NCBI GenBank assembly: GCA_016748015.1 | Contig: JAAOMT010000213.1 | Location: 26,466-90,465, forward strand | Source of the DNA: Geosiphon pyriformis uo1 | Taxonomy: Eukaryota; Fungi; Glomeromycota | Reading direction: 5' to 3' | DNA length: 64,000 nt | Shown here: piece by piece, positions 13,631 to 27,122 of the stretch | How positions within the stretch are numbered: the first letter of the stretch is position 1 | Layout: each line of letters starts with the position of its first letter | Notes under the pieces: model-generated | Seen by the model: the letters and a program-made list of their open reading frames with translations, nothing else | The model's database searches: none | What the model was told of the DNA's origin: nothing | Position numbers and translations under genes: made by a program

Positions 13631-16600
13631 AAAAAAAAAAAAAAAAAAAAAAAGAAAACAACTTTGAAGAAAGAAACAACAACATTAATCAGCTTTTATA
13701 TTCCACAACATTTGAACAACAGCCTCCTAATTCTGAATACCTAAATCATTAAATTCACATTTGGATTGCTGTTTATCAGCTAACTAAAACACTCTTTGAA
13801 ACAGAAAAAAAAAGTTATCAAACTGCTCCTGTTTTTAATCTTTTCTTAAGTGAATTAGAACATTCCATACAAACAGCTACTTCTGAACCAATGGCTAATA
13901 ACTCCATGCAACAAAACATTCTGATCATCCTTTAAGGCATACAAACTGCTTTAGGGCAAAAAAATAATACCTCATTATTATTATTCAAAGGTAATGCACA
14001 AGATTTAATTGAATAATTGGATGACTTTGAAAGAGCTGCCACAGCCAACCAATATAATAATAAATATAAGTTTCAAATCATTGGTGGCTACCTTCAAGGC
14101 TCTCCTACTACTTGGTTTTTACAAAAAACCAATGCCAATACTCAACAAAAAATCATTAAATAGACACCAGCAAATGTTGGAAAAGACAATACTTCTTTTA
14201 CTATCCAGTTTGAAATGAAATTTAGAACTCCTATTTTGATATCCAAATGGCACATAAAATTAAAAAGAAAAACCCAAAGTCCTGGTAAAGTTGTAACTAA
14301 ATATGCCAAAGCAATCAGAAAGTTAATTAAGCAGATAGACTCTGGAAGAAATTAAACAGAAGAGCAGAAAATTTACTCTTTTACAAAAGAATTAAGAACT
14401 AATCTTTCATATGCTCTTTGGCCTCTTCTGGTTCTGAAAGACAATTCCACAATGGATATGGTCATTGAACTAGTCCAACAAATTGAAGACAATCAAAAAA
14501 TGCACTTGGGTTCTATACTTTCAGTTTTTGTTTCTGCTTCTGTAATGGTTTCTGCTTCTCAAATGGCTGCCACTTCTTTTACTGTCCAAACTCCAGATCT
14601 CAATAAACAATTGATAGATAGACTCACAGTCAATCTTGCCCAGTTACTGAAATCCTTAGCCCAAGCAGTCAGAAAAAATCAACAACTCCAAAGACTCAGA
14701 TATGAACTCTATTTTAATCAGCCCCAACAACTTCTTTATTAAAGACAACAAAATCGTGGCCCATCTGTGTATTATAATTGTGAATTAACTGAACATTTCT
14801 CTAAAGATTGCAACAATCCTCTTTTGTCTTCTCCAGCTCTTAGAAACAATAACAATTAAAACAACAGAACCATCAACAACAATATCCTCAATCAAAGACC
14901 CAATTATGCCAACATCAATTTCTTTGAAAAGAATCTCTTAGTTAAAGCCACTGTTTATCAGCTTTTAAACTGGTAGACACATCTCTAAAGGATAAAAGTA
15001 CAAGCCAACCAGAAAAAAATCTCTTTTATGCTTTTAACTTAACTAATAATGATTATGACATGGATGAACTAGCAATCAACATTTTTAAATCAACAAGAAA
15101 GAAAAAAAAAGCCAAAGTTGATTTCATTCTGGATCCAAATAAAGCATCCACATTAATTATTAAGAATCCTCCAAAGTTAGAACTTCCAGAAATAGTACAA
15201 AAATCTGGTCCTTATTCTGTTGTTAAAAATCTCATGGAAACCCCAGCACACATTACATTTGGCCAACTAATAACTCATCTACAGTTCAAAAAAAATCTTC
15301 ACAAATCATTAATTCCAAAAAAAAAAACACCAAAAACCAACAAACATCTTTGTCAAGCTGGACTTGCTAACAACAGCAATGTTATCCTCCTTATTTGCAA
15401 AGCCCAAGTGGCTGGTTATTTTATTGACTTGATCTTAGACAGTGGATCATCTGTTAGTGTAATTGCCAAACACTTTCTGGAAGCCATTGGTAGAAAAATT
15501 AATGAATCTTCCACCCAACTTATGACTAATGTACATGGTGACAAGAAAAAAGACCTGAACATAGCCAAAGCTGTTCCTGTCTGAATTAATAGCATCAGCA
15601 TTGAAACTGACATGAAAGTATCTAAAGCAAAAGAGTACACCATAATTGTTGACAATAAGTGGTTCAAAAAAGCCAAAGCACTACATGACTATGAACTTTG
15701 TAAGCTAACTATCAGATGTGTTGAGAAGCCCATTGTGGTTAAGTGCCATTATTGGACAACTCCTCCAGTATCCAAGCAGAATCAAGAAGATAAACAATCA
15801 GATGAATCAGATGATGATAAGAATAATGAAGAAAAAGATCAAGAAGAACAAGAAGAAACTGTTGAACTTGCCTATACTATTTTCACCAGCATTGGCAAGC
15901 CACTAGATAATGTAAAAGCTGACAAAAAAAGATTTATTGTAAATAACAAGCTGATTTGTTGGAATCTTTGACAAAAAACCTAGCAAGAAAGCTAAATACA
16001 ATTATTGGTGGTATAGTCCTTGTGCCAGGTGTTAGTACAATAAACTTTTGTATTCTTTTAATAATGAATACAAGTTCTGCCTAATTTATTACAAAGATTG
16101 AGAACCAATTAGTTTAATATCAAGAAAAAAATTAAGAAAAATACAAAAGTTCTTTAAGAGTAAACCATCTGAGATTCAATTACTTATAGTAAAACAAAAA
16201 GAACTCTCTCCAGAAAAAAGAAAAATAGACATTAAAAATCTGTTGGTTAAAAATAGTCCAGTTATTTCAAAAAAAGGTGATACCCTTGAACAAATTCATG
16301 TAATACAACATACCATCATCACCAGAAAAACTCCCCCCATCCATTTGAAGTCTTATCAATCCAATCAACATAATGATAAGTTCATTAAGAAAGAGATAAA
16401 CTGAATAAAAGATCTTGAATTTATACAAAAAACAAGAGTAAATAGGCTTTTCCAATTGTAGTAGTATCCAAGAAAGATAGAACTCTACACTTCTGTGTCA
16501 ACTACTGCCAATTAAATGCCATCACTATAAGAGACATGTATCTACTTCCCAAAATTGATGCAATGTTAGACAAATTCAATGGTGCTGCTTTTTTTTCAAC

Positions 16601-17682
16601 TATTGACTTAACTGTTGAATTCTGCCAAGTAGAAATAAATCCAGAAAGTAGAAAGAAAACTGTTTTCATTACCAAGTATGGCACATACAAATTCACAGTC
16701 ATGCTTTTTGGTCTTACAAATGCTTCTTCTACCTTTCAATGCCTAATAGACAAAGTGTTTGAATCAGTAAAAAAAAACTTTGTTCTGGTCTACTTAGACA
16801 ACATAATGGTCTACTCAAAAATTTGGAATGAACACCTTGAACATTTACAGAAGGCTTTTGATCTGCTCAGAAATGCTGGCCTTAAGATCAATTCAATCAA
16901 ATTTTTCTTTAGATGCCAATCCACCCAGTTCTTTGGTTATCTGATTACAAAAAATAGAATCTTTTTAGACCCAGCTAAAGTTAAAAAAGTTCAAAACATT
17001 AAACAACCAATAAATGTTCCTGAACTATGCTCTTTTCTTGGTTTGGCTTTTTATTATTGCAAATTTATCAAAAATTTCTCCAAAATCATCTTTTTTGTCA
17101 ATTAGCTACTCAGAAAAAATGTCAATTATTATTGGAACACTCATCAACAAAAAGTTTTTGAAACTCTGAAGAAAAAACTTGTTACTAAACCAATCCTTAA
17201 ACAACCTGACCTGAACCAATCTTTTATCCTGCACACTGATACATCTGGCTATAGACTTGGCACTATTCTCTCCCAAAAAGATAAAAATAGCAGAGAACAT
17301 ACTATAGCAGATGCCAGTAGAACCCTTATACCAGTAGAAAAGAACTATTTAGTTACTAAACAAGAATGTTTAGCAGTAGTTTGGGCTACTAGTTACTGGG
17401 ACCAATATCTTAATGTAAAATTCCTAGTGGTAACAGATTATCAAGCATTGGTTTGGCTGCATAACAAAAAGAAGCTGGAACATAAATGGATAACTTGCTG
17501 AATACTTTATTTGGATGAATTCGACTATAATATTCAATACCACAAAGAAGCAAATCATCAAAATGCTGATGCTTTCTTTAGACTTACCATCCAGTGATAG
17601 TATAATCTCTCAACCAAACCAACTTAATTATTAATAACTCTCTCACAAACAAACACAATAATGGACTTATACAACTACTTTG
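13631..17682 (+). pseudogene. Gypsy gag-PR-RT-RNase H, decayed; continues at 29458-29725
   Basis: LILDSGS protease motif (ORF 15060), RT FGLTNA/YLDN (ORF 16536), TTTAAAC at 14964. Confidence 0.92.
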
Positions 17683-17812
17683 CAAAAAAAACTTTTTTTC
17701 TCTTTTTAACTGCTACTACACAATTTACTACATCTCAAATTTGAAAAATAAGTTTTTGCAAAGAATTCTTTAATTATATTATATTATTATTATTAACACA
17801 ACAGACTTAAAA

Positions 17813-20089
17813 GTGTCTAATAATAATGTCAACAGTGTTGTGACACTAGTCATGCAAAGAAGTATAAGTGTAGAGACTATTAATAGTGAATACCAAGTGG
17901 AGGGAAACACACCTTCCACTGCTGAAAGAGAAGTCATTAACATTAATCCACAAGATTCATCAACTGTGATAACTACAGGACCTACCATACCTCCATTTAA
18001 ATTTAAAACTGCTAGTAGATTCTCTGAAAATGAGAACACAAGTAGTAGAGACAATACACCCTTTAAAATAGCCAACACATTGAAGAAGACAGCTCCACAT
18101 AGGAGAGCAGCAGACTTTTCTCTAATAACAGCTAACAGATTAAAAGAAAAAGCCAACAAAAAATACAGACACATTGGAAAAATAAGTGTAAAAAGGTTAA
18201 CTGAGAAATTCAACCAAATAACTGAAGAAGACTTACCTGAAAACACACCTGTTCAAACCAATAACTTTGTCTTGCAACCAATGTTTAATAAAGATAGAAA
18301 CAGCAACAAATTTCAAATGAAATCTTGAATTGGTGAAAAGAGAGCCTCTAAGTCCCTGAAAAAATTGGATAAATCATCCAAAGTGCCTAAAGAAGACGAG
18401 AAAAAAGCTGTGCAAATAGAAGCTGCTTTGAGGAAATGCAATCCTAATATCTTGGACAGAATCAACAGAGGAAATTCTGCGATAAAAAATGAAGATCAAA
18501 TGGATAATTCATTTGAAACAAACAAAGATAAGCCCAATCTGGATGATGCTGCAAAAGACATAGAAGATTTTGATTCAAGCTTATTTAGCAGAATGGCTAG
18601 TTTAAGTCTAGGCCAATACAGTAGTAAATCATTTGGCAAAAAACCCATGTTTATGAAAGTAAACCAAAAAGAAGGATGAAGAACAGTGGTCTACAGAACC
18701 AAAAGACATGTACTTTTTGTACAAGCATTAAATATACCAGAAAAAATTATGGAGAAGAAGGTGGGGTGGATTTATAATCTTTTGGGAGATGTCAGGTACT
18801 TCTTGGGGGCTGTAATGGCCAGAAACCAAGAAATCAGAATTGACTTTTCACAAGTGGCTGGAAGAGACCAAGCCAGAGAAATTCTGACAAGTAAAAAAAT
18901 TGATTTATTTTTGATGGCTACTGATAATGTTAACACCCAAATGGCTGGCCAAAAGAAAATTCTAGTGAAAACCATTCTTTTGGGTATTTCAGACAGAGAA
19001 GTTGGGGCTGTCATAAAAGAATTTAGTAAGATTAAAAAGATCTAAATCAAAGTGGCTGGCAAATGGCAATCAGCAGTGATTGAATACAACAGCCAAGAGA
19101 AGGCAACCAGAGCTGCAAACCAATGGTCAACCATGATCAAAAAAGATGCAGTCAGAATTTATCCAATAATTAAAACCCAAAAAATCATCAAGCAGAAGAA
19201 AATCTGAGAAGCTAAATTGGTGGGCTTACTACAGAATTGTACTGCCCACTACTTGAACACCATCCTGGATTAAATCAAAGCCCAATCTTGTTTTATTTCA
19301 AGAACTAGCAGAAATTATATGAGGATGGGCTGCGCTTATATTGGATTTGACAGTGAAGCTAACCACAATATTGCTACCAAAAAACCCTTGGTGATTAGTG
19401 ACACACTGGTTTACTGGATGTCCACTAATGCTAAAAAATGCCATTTTTGTTACCAAATGGAACACTTGGTCTCAAAATGCCCAACCTTACATAAGAAAAA
19501 AAAAGAAAATACCAAGAAAGTTATCAATAATATTAGATTGGCAAAGTTGTATGTTAAGAGGAATGTTCCAAAGAAAAACATCAAGGCCTTTGGTGGAAGA
19601 TTATATGCTGAAATGGCTGCACTTAGATTGTCCCATAATTGAAACAACACTAACTCAAACAATACTTAGAAACCTGGTCCACAAGTAAACAATAGAGAAG
19701 AACAATCAAAAAAAGGAGTTACCCAACCATAGAAGGCTGAAATTGATGAATTAAGACAGCAGGTTGGCAAAATAGCAAAACTGCTGAATGCAGTTGCTGA
19801 TAAACTTGGAGTAACATTAGAGAAAAAAAATAAAGTAATAGTTACTCAACAGCCAAGTAACATCTCAGAAGAAAAAGAAGAGATAGAAATTAGAGTACCT
19901 AGCCAAAGTACTACCTTTAAATCTGCTCCTACAAGGAAAAGAAAGGCATACAACCCAGAATTGGAAATTAAAGAAATTAAAAAAACATTGGAACCCATTC
20001 TGAAGTTATTGAAGCAAGTGGAAAAACAGATTAGCTGGGACAGTTATACTGCTGAACAATCTAAATCTATGGAAACAGATAATGTGTAG
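17813..20089 (+). pseudogene. LINE ORF1 (RRM-like domains, CCHC knuckle, coiled-coil-like tail)
   Basis: ORFs 17813, 18365, 18686 and 19319; CHFCYQMEHLVSKC; ends ETDNV*. Confidence 0.88.
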
Positions 20090-20487
20090 CACATTTGTTT
20101 CCAACAAAGAACAGAACTACTTTGATAACAACACTTGGAAAATTAGTATTGTTAATGTTAAAGGGCTTAATAGTTCTGGTAAAGCTGAGGAGGTTTTACA
20201 TTGGGTCATTGAAGAACAATTTGACTTTGTGATTGTTATGGAAACTAAGTTGACTCCAACCAAAGAAAAGGGTATATTTTTTGGCTCTGATGAATATCAT
20301 GCCTTTTGGGAGTCAAACGCAGAGAAACAAATAGGAACTGGGGTTAGAATACTGGTGAAAAAATGTTGGATACATCATGTAGAAACAATCAAGGGGTATC
20401 ACGGGAGGTTGCTACATTTGGGGTTGAAATTTAGAGGTAGAATCAGTGTGCACATAGTGGGTCTGTACATTCCTGCTTCCAAAGTGC

Positions 20488-21340
20488 TGTTACTTATAAA
20501 AATATAAGGAATATATATTAGCATAGTTATTAACCAATCAGAAGTAGACATAGTAAAATATGGAATTCCAGGATTCCTCTCAGGAATTACAGAATTCCAG
20601 AAATTACAGAATTCTCATAAGAAATCGCAAAATTCCAGAATTCTAGGATTTTTTTCAAAGGAATTGCAGGATTCCAGGAATCTCAGAATTCCTGTTGTGA
20701 AGAATTGAGGAATTGAGGAATCTCAATTATGTATATATAGCAGTAGGATTAGAAGCTAAAAAGACAGACCTCTCAGTTTAGATTTCATCTAGACAACTTT
20801 CCAAACCACAAATAAATAACTGTTTGTTATCTCAAACCTGCTGCCACTATCAACACTTTATGTTAATAGTAATTGATACTTAACCATACTGGAACAATAG
20901 CTCTTGATCATGGCTATTGACGGAATACTAACTTGTGAATCACTTAGGCTTATTTCTTTTTTTTCTTTATTTTTTTTTTTCTTTATTTCTTGCTTTGATT
21001 TTATTGTTGTTTACTAACTCTATTGAGGATTAACGTGCAGGATACTAACATCAAGAATTGCCTGGTAAAAGACCCCTGCAAGAAGGTAGGACATGTACAG
21101 AAGATATGGAATACTTACCAAAGGATTGTTGGCCATCATGCTGAGAGAAGAATTGACAGAATTGCAATTCTGAGAAGTTACAGATAAAACAACTATTGAA
21201 TCTCTGTTCATTATACAAAGAACTCAACCTGAAACCTTTAGATACAAAACCTTCAGATTAATAACATCAATGCAAATAACTTTTAACACCAAGTTACGGG
21301 TTGTTATTTGATTCAACACTCCAAATAATCACTTGTAACA
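20488..21340 (+). mobile_element. Solo LTR of a second, unrelated LTR family
   Basis: TGTTAC...GTAACA termini, 4-bp TSD GTGC, GAATT(C/G/A)CAG-type repeats at 20562-20727, TATA at ~20733, AATAAA at 20811; removal restores the endonuclease reading ASKVPTKK. Confidence 0.88.
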
Positions 21341-22071
21341 GTGCCTACTAAGAAAGCAGTAGCTAAAGAAATCAGAAAACTTTTGGGGGACATTGTGCAT
21401 AACAAAGAGATAATCATAGTTGCAGGCGATTTGAATGAAGACCTGGCATCCAAATCACTTGAAGAAACATATGCTACAAATAAGATCAAAGCTTGCCCCA
21501 CTGTTGCAACATTACAACATTTGGATTTGGTGGATACACATAGAACATATGCAACAAACAATCCAGAAAAGACATGGGCTTCAAATAGAGTACAAAGAAG
21601 ATTGGATTATGTGTTTACTGATGCAGTTACAGCCTTACTGGTCACAAACATTGGGGTTGTAGATGTTAAGAAATCATTTAGCACTGATCACAGAGCTGTA
21701 GTAACTATTATCCGATTTGACAGAATCTTGGCAGGCAGTAAAAAATCAAGATCTGGGAGAAGAAAAAGTAGCACAATCATGATTGATGTTAAAAAAGCAT
21801 CTGGAATGCAATGGAAAATCTATGCAAAAGAAACTAATCAATTGACTGATGAAGCACAAAGAAAATCAGTAGATAACAGTGCTGATGATCTAAATCTAAT
21901 GTGACTTATAATTAAGGAGACTGTATTACAAGCTGTTGATTGTCTACCAAAAAAGAAAGTGGGAGCCTGATCTACACACACAAAGAAAGAATACATGGAT
22001 TACAAGCTTGTTAAAATTGTTGCTGATATAATCAAACAAATAAAAATAAACAATGCAAATATGCATGATAA

Positions 22072-22737
22072 TGTTATGGATTGGAGTAACAAGCTAACAG
22101 ATAGCAAGGGAGAACAGTATTGTATGGTGATGAAAATAAACAAAGAGGGAATTACAATAAGGGAGCGAATTGAATAAGTAAGAATTCAATGTGTGTGATT
22201 AGTCTCATAAAAATCACAGTCACTAATCTTTTCTTAAATCTGAAGGTAGAGGAATAGTCCGTGATTGTCAACAAGATAACACCGCTGTTATTATTCTATG
22301 CCTCAACTCGGCAATTTTTAGAATCAATAACAGGTATCATTGTGCTTTTCAATTGTTTCTTTATTCAATGAATTACAAAAGCAAGCCAATTGCTTTTCAG
22401 GCTAATTCTAACAAACACAAATCAAGAAGAGGAAAAGATAAGGTATGTGAATGCCAACAAGTAGATACTTGAAGGTAAGGAAAGGGGAATAAGTGATTAT
22501 GAGAAGAAGTAATTGATATTGTTTATTTCGTTACTTTGATCATGTCATTCTACAGCTAAGGGAATTATCACTTATATAGCTATCTAAAGTGGTCAATGAT
22601 CAGGTCAATGATTAGGTCAATGGTCAGGTCATTGATCAGGTCAACAATCACTATCTAAAAATAGGGTGGCTAATTATATGACATCAGTGGCTAATACATG
22701 TGATAACTAATAAAAACTATGGGTTTCAACCGTAACA
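22072..22737 (-). mobile_element. Solo Gypsy LTR (subtype b)
   Basis: TGTTA...TAACA termini, TSD ATAA at 22068-22071 and 22738-22741; removal restores MHDNNVM of ORF2. Confidence 0.95.
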
Positions 22738-24340
22738 ATAACAATGTTATGTAGTTGTTGGCTAAATGGAAACATTTGAAATCTGAAGTGGTTAATGCAT
22801 ATCTGATGACTCTCCCAAAGAATAAGCTTATTGCAAAATTACTCAGTATTAAGAAAGAGTACAGATCAACACTGTGTGCCAGAATCAGATTACAACAGCA
22901 GAGACAGATAGTGGATAATATTATCAAAAGACAACAAAACTTTGATCTATACAAAGGAATTATGATTAAAAGCATCCTAAACAAAAAAAAACAAAGAATT
23001 ATACTGGACCATGTCATTGAAGAAAGTAAATTTCATAATGATCCTGATGAGATTAAAAAGCTAGTAAACAAAAAAGCCCAAGGATGAACTAGGACAAGAA
23101 TTCTTGAGCCTGACCTATGGAAAAGTTGGGAACACAGATTTAAGCCGATTGGGAGCATTCTAGATCATGCCTTTGACGGTATGATGGCTGAAATAACAAA
23201 TGAGGAATTTGAAGACATATTAAACCACACACCCCATAACAAAGCTCCTGGCCCATCAGACATTCAAGCTGAGCTGTGGAAAAAGGCTGGGCCTAATACC
23301 AAGTCTAAACTGAGAACATTGCTCAATTCTTGCATTAAAGCAGCCAACATGCCTGAGGAGTGGAGAGTAGCACAGGTTATACTGATTCCAAAGCCAAAAG
23401 AATGAGGTGGCAATATTAACATCACCAGGCTGATCACACTCATTGAAAGCACTAGAAAGATCTTAACAAAGATTCTAACTGCAAGAATTTCAAAAGCATG
23501 TGAACTCCACAATGTCCTAAAAGGTTACAATACCTCAGTATTAAAGAATACTTCTATAGCAGTGCCAATTTATGTGATTAATGTTGTTGCTAAGCATGCA
23601 AGAGAATTTGGTAATGAGGCCTGGTTTACATTCTAGGATATGAAGAAGGCATATAATTCAGTGGAATAGAAATCCATAGAAGCTGCATTGAAGAGAATCA
23701 AGATGAACAATAGGTTTACTGAGCTGTTTGGCTTAATACACAACAATAAAAACAATCAAACTATAACTAAATTTGGGTTAAGTGACAAATATCAAGTGCA
23801 AGATGGACTGGATTAGAGAAAAACAAGCTTACCCATCATGTGGAGGATTTTCTATGACCCCTTACTGTGTGAAGTAAAACAAGCCAATTATAGTCAAAGA
23901 TACAAACTGACAGCTGGTTGGAAAAAGTGGGACAATCAACCTGAAACACAATCCCTGTCAGTGTCAGTGAATCACTTAGCCTTTGTCAATGACACAATGT
24001 AGATAGCCAACTCAAGACAGGGAATGCAGAGTATTTTGGACACAGCTAGCTCCTTTTTTAGAATGGTAGATATTGAGATCAATTTAGATAAGACTGAAAC
24101 AATGGTGATCAGACCCTCTAAAGAGAAATCATTGATGGTTGAGCCACTAAAATTTGGGCTAAACAAACAGATCTTGAAATTGCTGGATCTATCTACATGT
24201 ACCCAATATTTGGGGGTATGGGTCAAAGCAGATGGAAAAAATGAAATTGTTCTAAAAATAATAGGATCTGACATTGAAACAGTATGTGCAGTAATCAGAA
24301 AAAAACACATTACTGAGAAACAGACCATTTACATTTTTAA

Positions 24341-24647
24341 TTTTTAATTTTTTTTTTGTTAACGTGTAGCCACACCAATCATTTATTAGTTATTTTACAG
24401 TAATGTGGCAGTTTCATAAAACCAGCTTATCCAATAATACATATTACAAGATGTGGCTAACCACAAGTAGAAAGCCCTAACTACACACTAGTACTACCTT
24501 TGCTACCTAATGTATTAAACATATCTAATTTATACATCTTACCCATAATACATACAAGTTCATGACTATTCTTAACAAGACTGCTCATCCATAACTCCAT
24601 CATTGCATCAAATGTATCATTATAGACTGAAAAATCTTTAACATTAC

Positions 24648-24725
<78 letters not shown>

Positions 24726-24996
24726 TCATTTCTTCATCATCAGATATGTTATAGTGTACCTTCCCACTCCTCAACTTGAGGGCCCCCACTTTCTTTTGCA
24801 GCACAGAAGCCACAACACAAACAGCCTCAATTTGGTTTCCTAATCCAATCACACTTTCCTTCATTGCCTTTGCCACAACTGGTGGAGNNNNNNNNNNNNN
24901 NNNNNNNATCGGACTTGATATTAGAGGATTGAACCTCCCATAACTCCATCATTGCATCAAATGTATCATCGTAGACCAAAAAATCTTTAACATTAC

Positions 24997-25074
<78 letters not shown>

Positions 25075-27122
25075 TCATTTCTTCATCATCAGATATGTTA
25101 TAGTGTACCTTCCCACTCCTCAACTTGAGGGCCCCCACTTTCTTTTGCAGCACAGAAGCCACAACACAAACAGCCTCAATTTGGTTTCCTAATCCAATCA
25201 CACTTTCCTTCATTGCCTTTGCCACAACTGGTGGAGTAGACAACAACATAGTAACCAATGCAACCAAAGAACCCACAGACTCCACTATAGATTTGATCAA
25301 CAAAGACAGTTCACTAAGTTGGGTTTCCAGAGAAGCCAATCTAGCATTAACAGCAACATCTGAACCAGAGAAGGCAATTGGCAACATTAGCACCACAACT
25401 TTAGGGGAGGTACTGAAAGCCAGACCTGTATTAGCAGCCACAGCAACAGGAGGAACCACAGAAGTGGTGGCTTTGGTATAGGATTTAGCTCCAACGAGGG
25501 ATGACTTGAAAATAATGGGACCACCAGCAGAATTAGAAGAGAGTTTGGAAGGGAGAAGTGGCAACACCTTGCAGTCCACAGCCAAATGATCTAAACTTTG
25601 ACATCTATAGCAGCGACAACATCCAGGAGTTTCCCACCAGATGCGGCAGTCACGTAAGGTACTGGTTTTTGAAACAGCAGCATTTAAAGATTCTAAAGAA
25701 TCAAAGATCACCACAGCAAAGCATTGACATCGATAGGAATCAGGGGAGTGGGGAATGAAACACGTACGGCCACCAACTTGGGAGACCAGATTACTTATTT
25801 CAAATGCAGTGCAGCCAAATGAAAGATTAACCAGCTTAGCTTTAAAAGCATCTCTTGAGGAGATAACCTCCTTTTGGTTGGCAATGGGAAGAATCCTAAC
25901 ATTATATTTTCTGACCAAGACAGACCAGTTAGAGAGAGCAGCAGCAGCAGAAGAAATGTCCTTAAAGTTGACCACAGCATATTGCCATAAGCCAGCAGGC
26001 TTCAACTTAACAGAAGTGACAACACCAAAAATGCCAAGAGCAGATTTAATGTCATCAGAAGAGGTACCCAAAGGTACATCATGCAGTGCAACTAACAAGG
26101 AAGAAGAAAAAACAGAGGCCACACCAGAAGACCGTGCAATCTTAAGAGTGGTCAAAAACACTTCATCACTGATGGCCACTTTGGTGGCACCATTTAGACA
26201 CTCCTGAGATGCAAATTCCACACAAAACAACTTAACAGCATCTTGTGAAACTGATTTAAGCCCAATACAACCAGGCAGTAACTGAAACAAAGAACCAAGC
26301 AGGGCCATTTTGATCTTAAATGTAGCACCAGGTACAAGATTGGAGGCCACCCAACCAGAGAACCTTTGATATCCACTCACATTCACCCAAACACCAGCAT
26401 CAGATGCACCAGAAACTGGGGGGGGAACAGTTGATTCCATTTCCATCTGATCAGCCCAATCTTTGAGATCATCTGGACTGATGAACTGTTTTGCTACTGG
26501 GATTGGCGATGATCTGCTGGAGAGTACCACATTAGGCAACACAGCCAGTGGTTGATCTTGGCTCATCTTGGGAGATGTGCTGCTGCTGTTGCCATCCATA
26601 TTAGGAATAGGGCTGGCTGCTGCTGTGGAAATCTTACTGAAGATCTCATCTGGAACCACAAAGGGGTTCAGTGTGACCATAGCAGTTGTGACTGCCTGCT
26701 ACTGTTTTTTGAAATTTTTCGTTTTTGTGGCCATTTGTGAAGCAGTAGTAGTGGAAGTAGTAGGGAGAGTGGTGAGAGCAGGAAAGACCAACTTGTTGAC
26801 TGGTCTGTTATTAAAAATCTTTGGGCTCTTTGAAGTGGTAGAGACAACACTGGGACTAACCCGAGTGTGCCTTTTTGAAGGGACTTTGACTGAAGAAGAA
26901 CTTCCAGCCAAAGAAGAAGAAAATGAACCAGAAGCCAATAAAGGCAGCTTATTACTATTATTTTTCAAAGGAAATGTAGCCAGAACGTTTTGTCTAGCTG
27001 CTTCAATAACAGAGAGACCCTCTTGTGTTAAAACTTTATTAGTTACTATAGGAAAAATAATGTTTACAACTTTTTTACTCTTAGCTCTATTTGTGGTCAT
27101 GAAATTTAGGAGAGAAAGAGTT
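24341..27122 (-). mobile_element. Full-length ORF1-only element (subfamily 1) inserted antisense in the LINE RT
   Basis: 15-bp TSD CATTTACATTTTTAA at 24326-24340 and 27123-27137; poly(A); single ORF 27100 to 24481 with CYRCQSLDHLAVDC and no RT. Confidence 0.95.
24648..24725 (-). repeat. (GAT)n poly-Asp microsatellite
   Basis: About 26 perfect CAT units; seen again at 24997-25074 across the gap. Confidence 0.95.

Noticed and set aside
24590-25247. Apparent ~300 bp tandem duplication with two poly-Asp tracts inside the parasite ORF
   Set aside because: The near-identical copies flank an N gap (24888-24907), typical of an unmerged contig overlap. The left copy has a small in-frame deletion, so two haplotypes are possible, but an artefact is more likely.
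24827-26680. 617 aa RRM/zinc-knuckle ORF as a host gene or processed pseudogene family
   Set aside because: Domain-by-domain homology to LINE ORF1, a LINE-derived tail, repeated TSD-flanked insertions and two transposing subfamilies indicate a mobile element.
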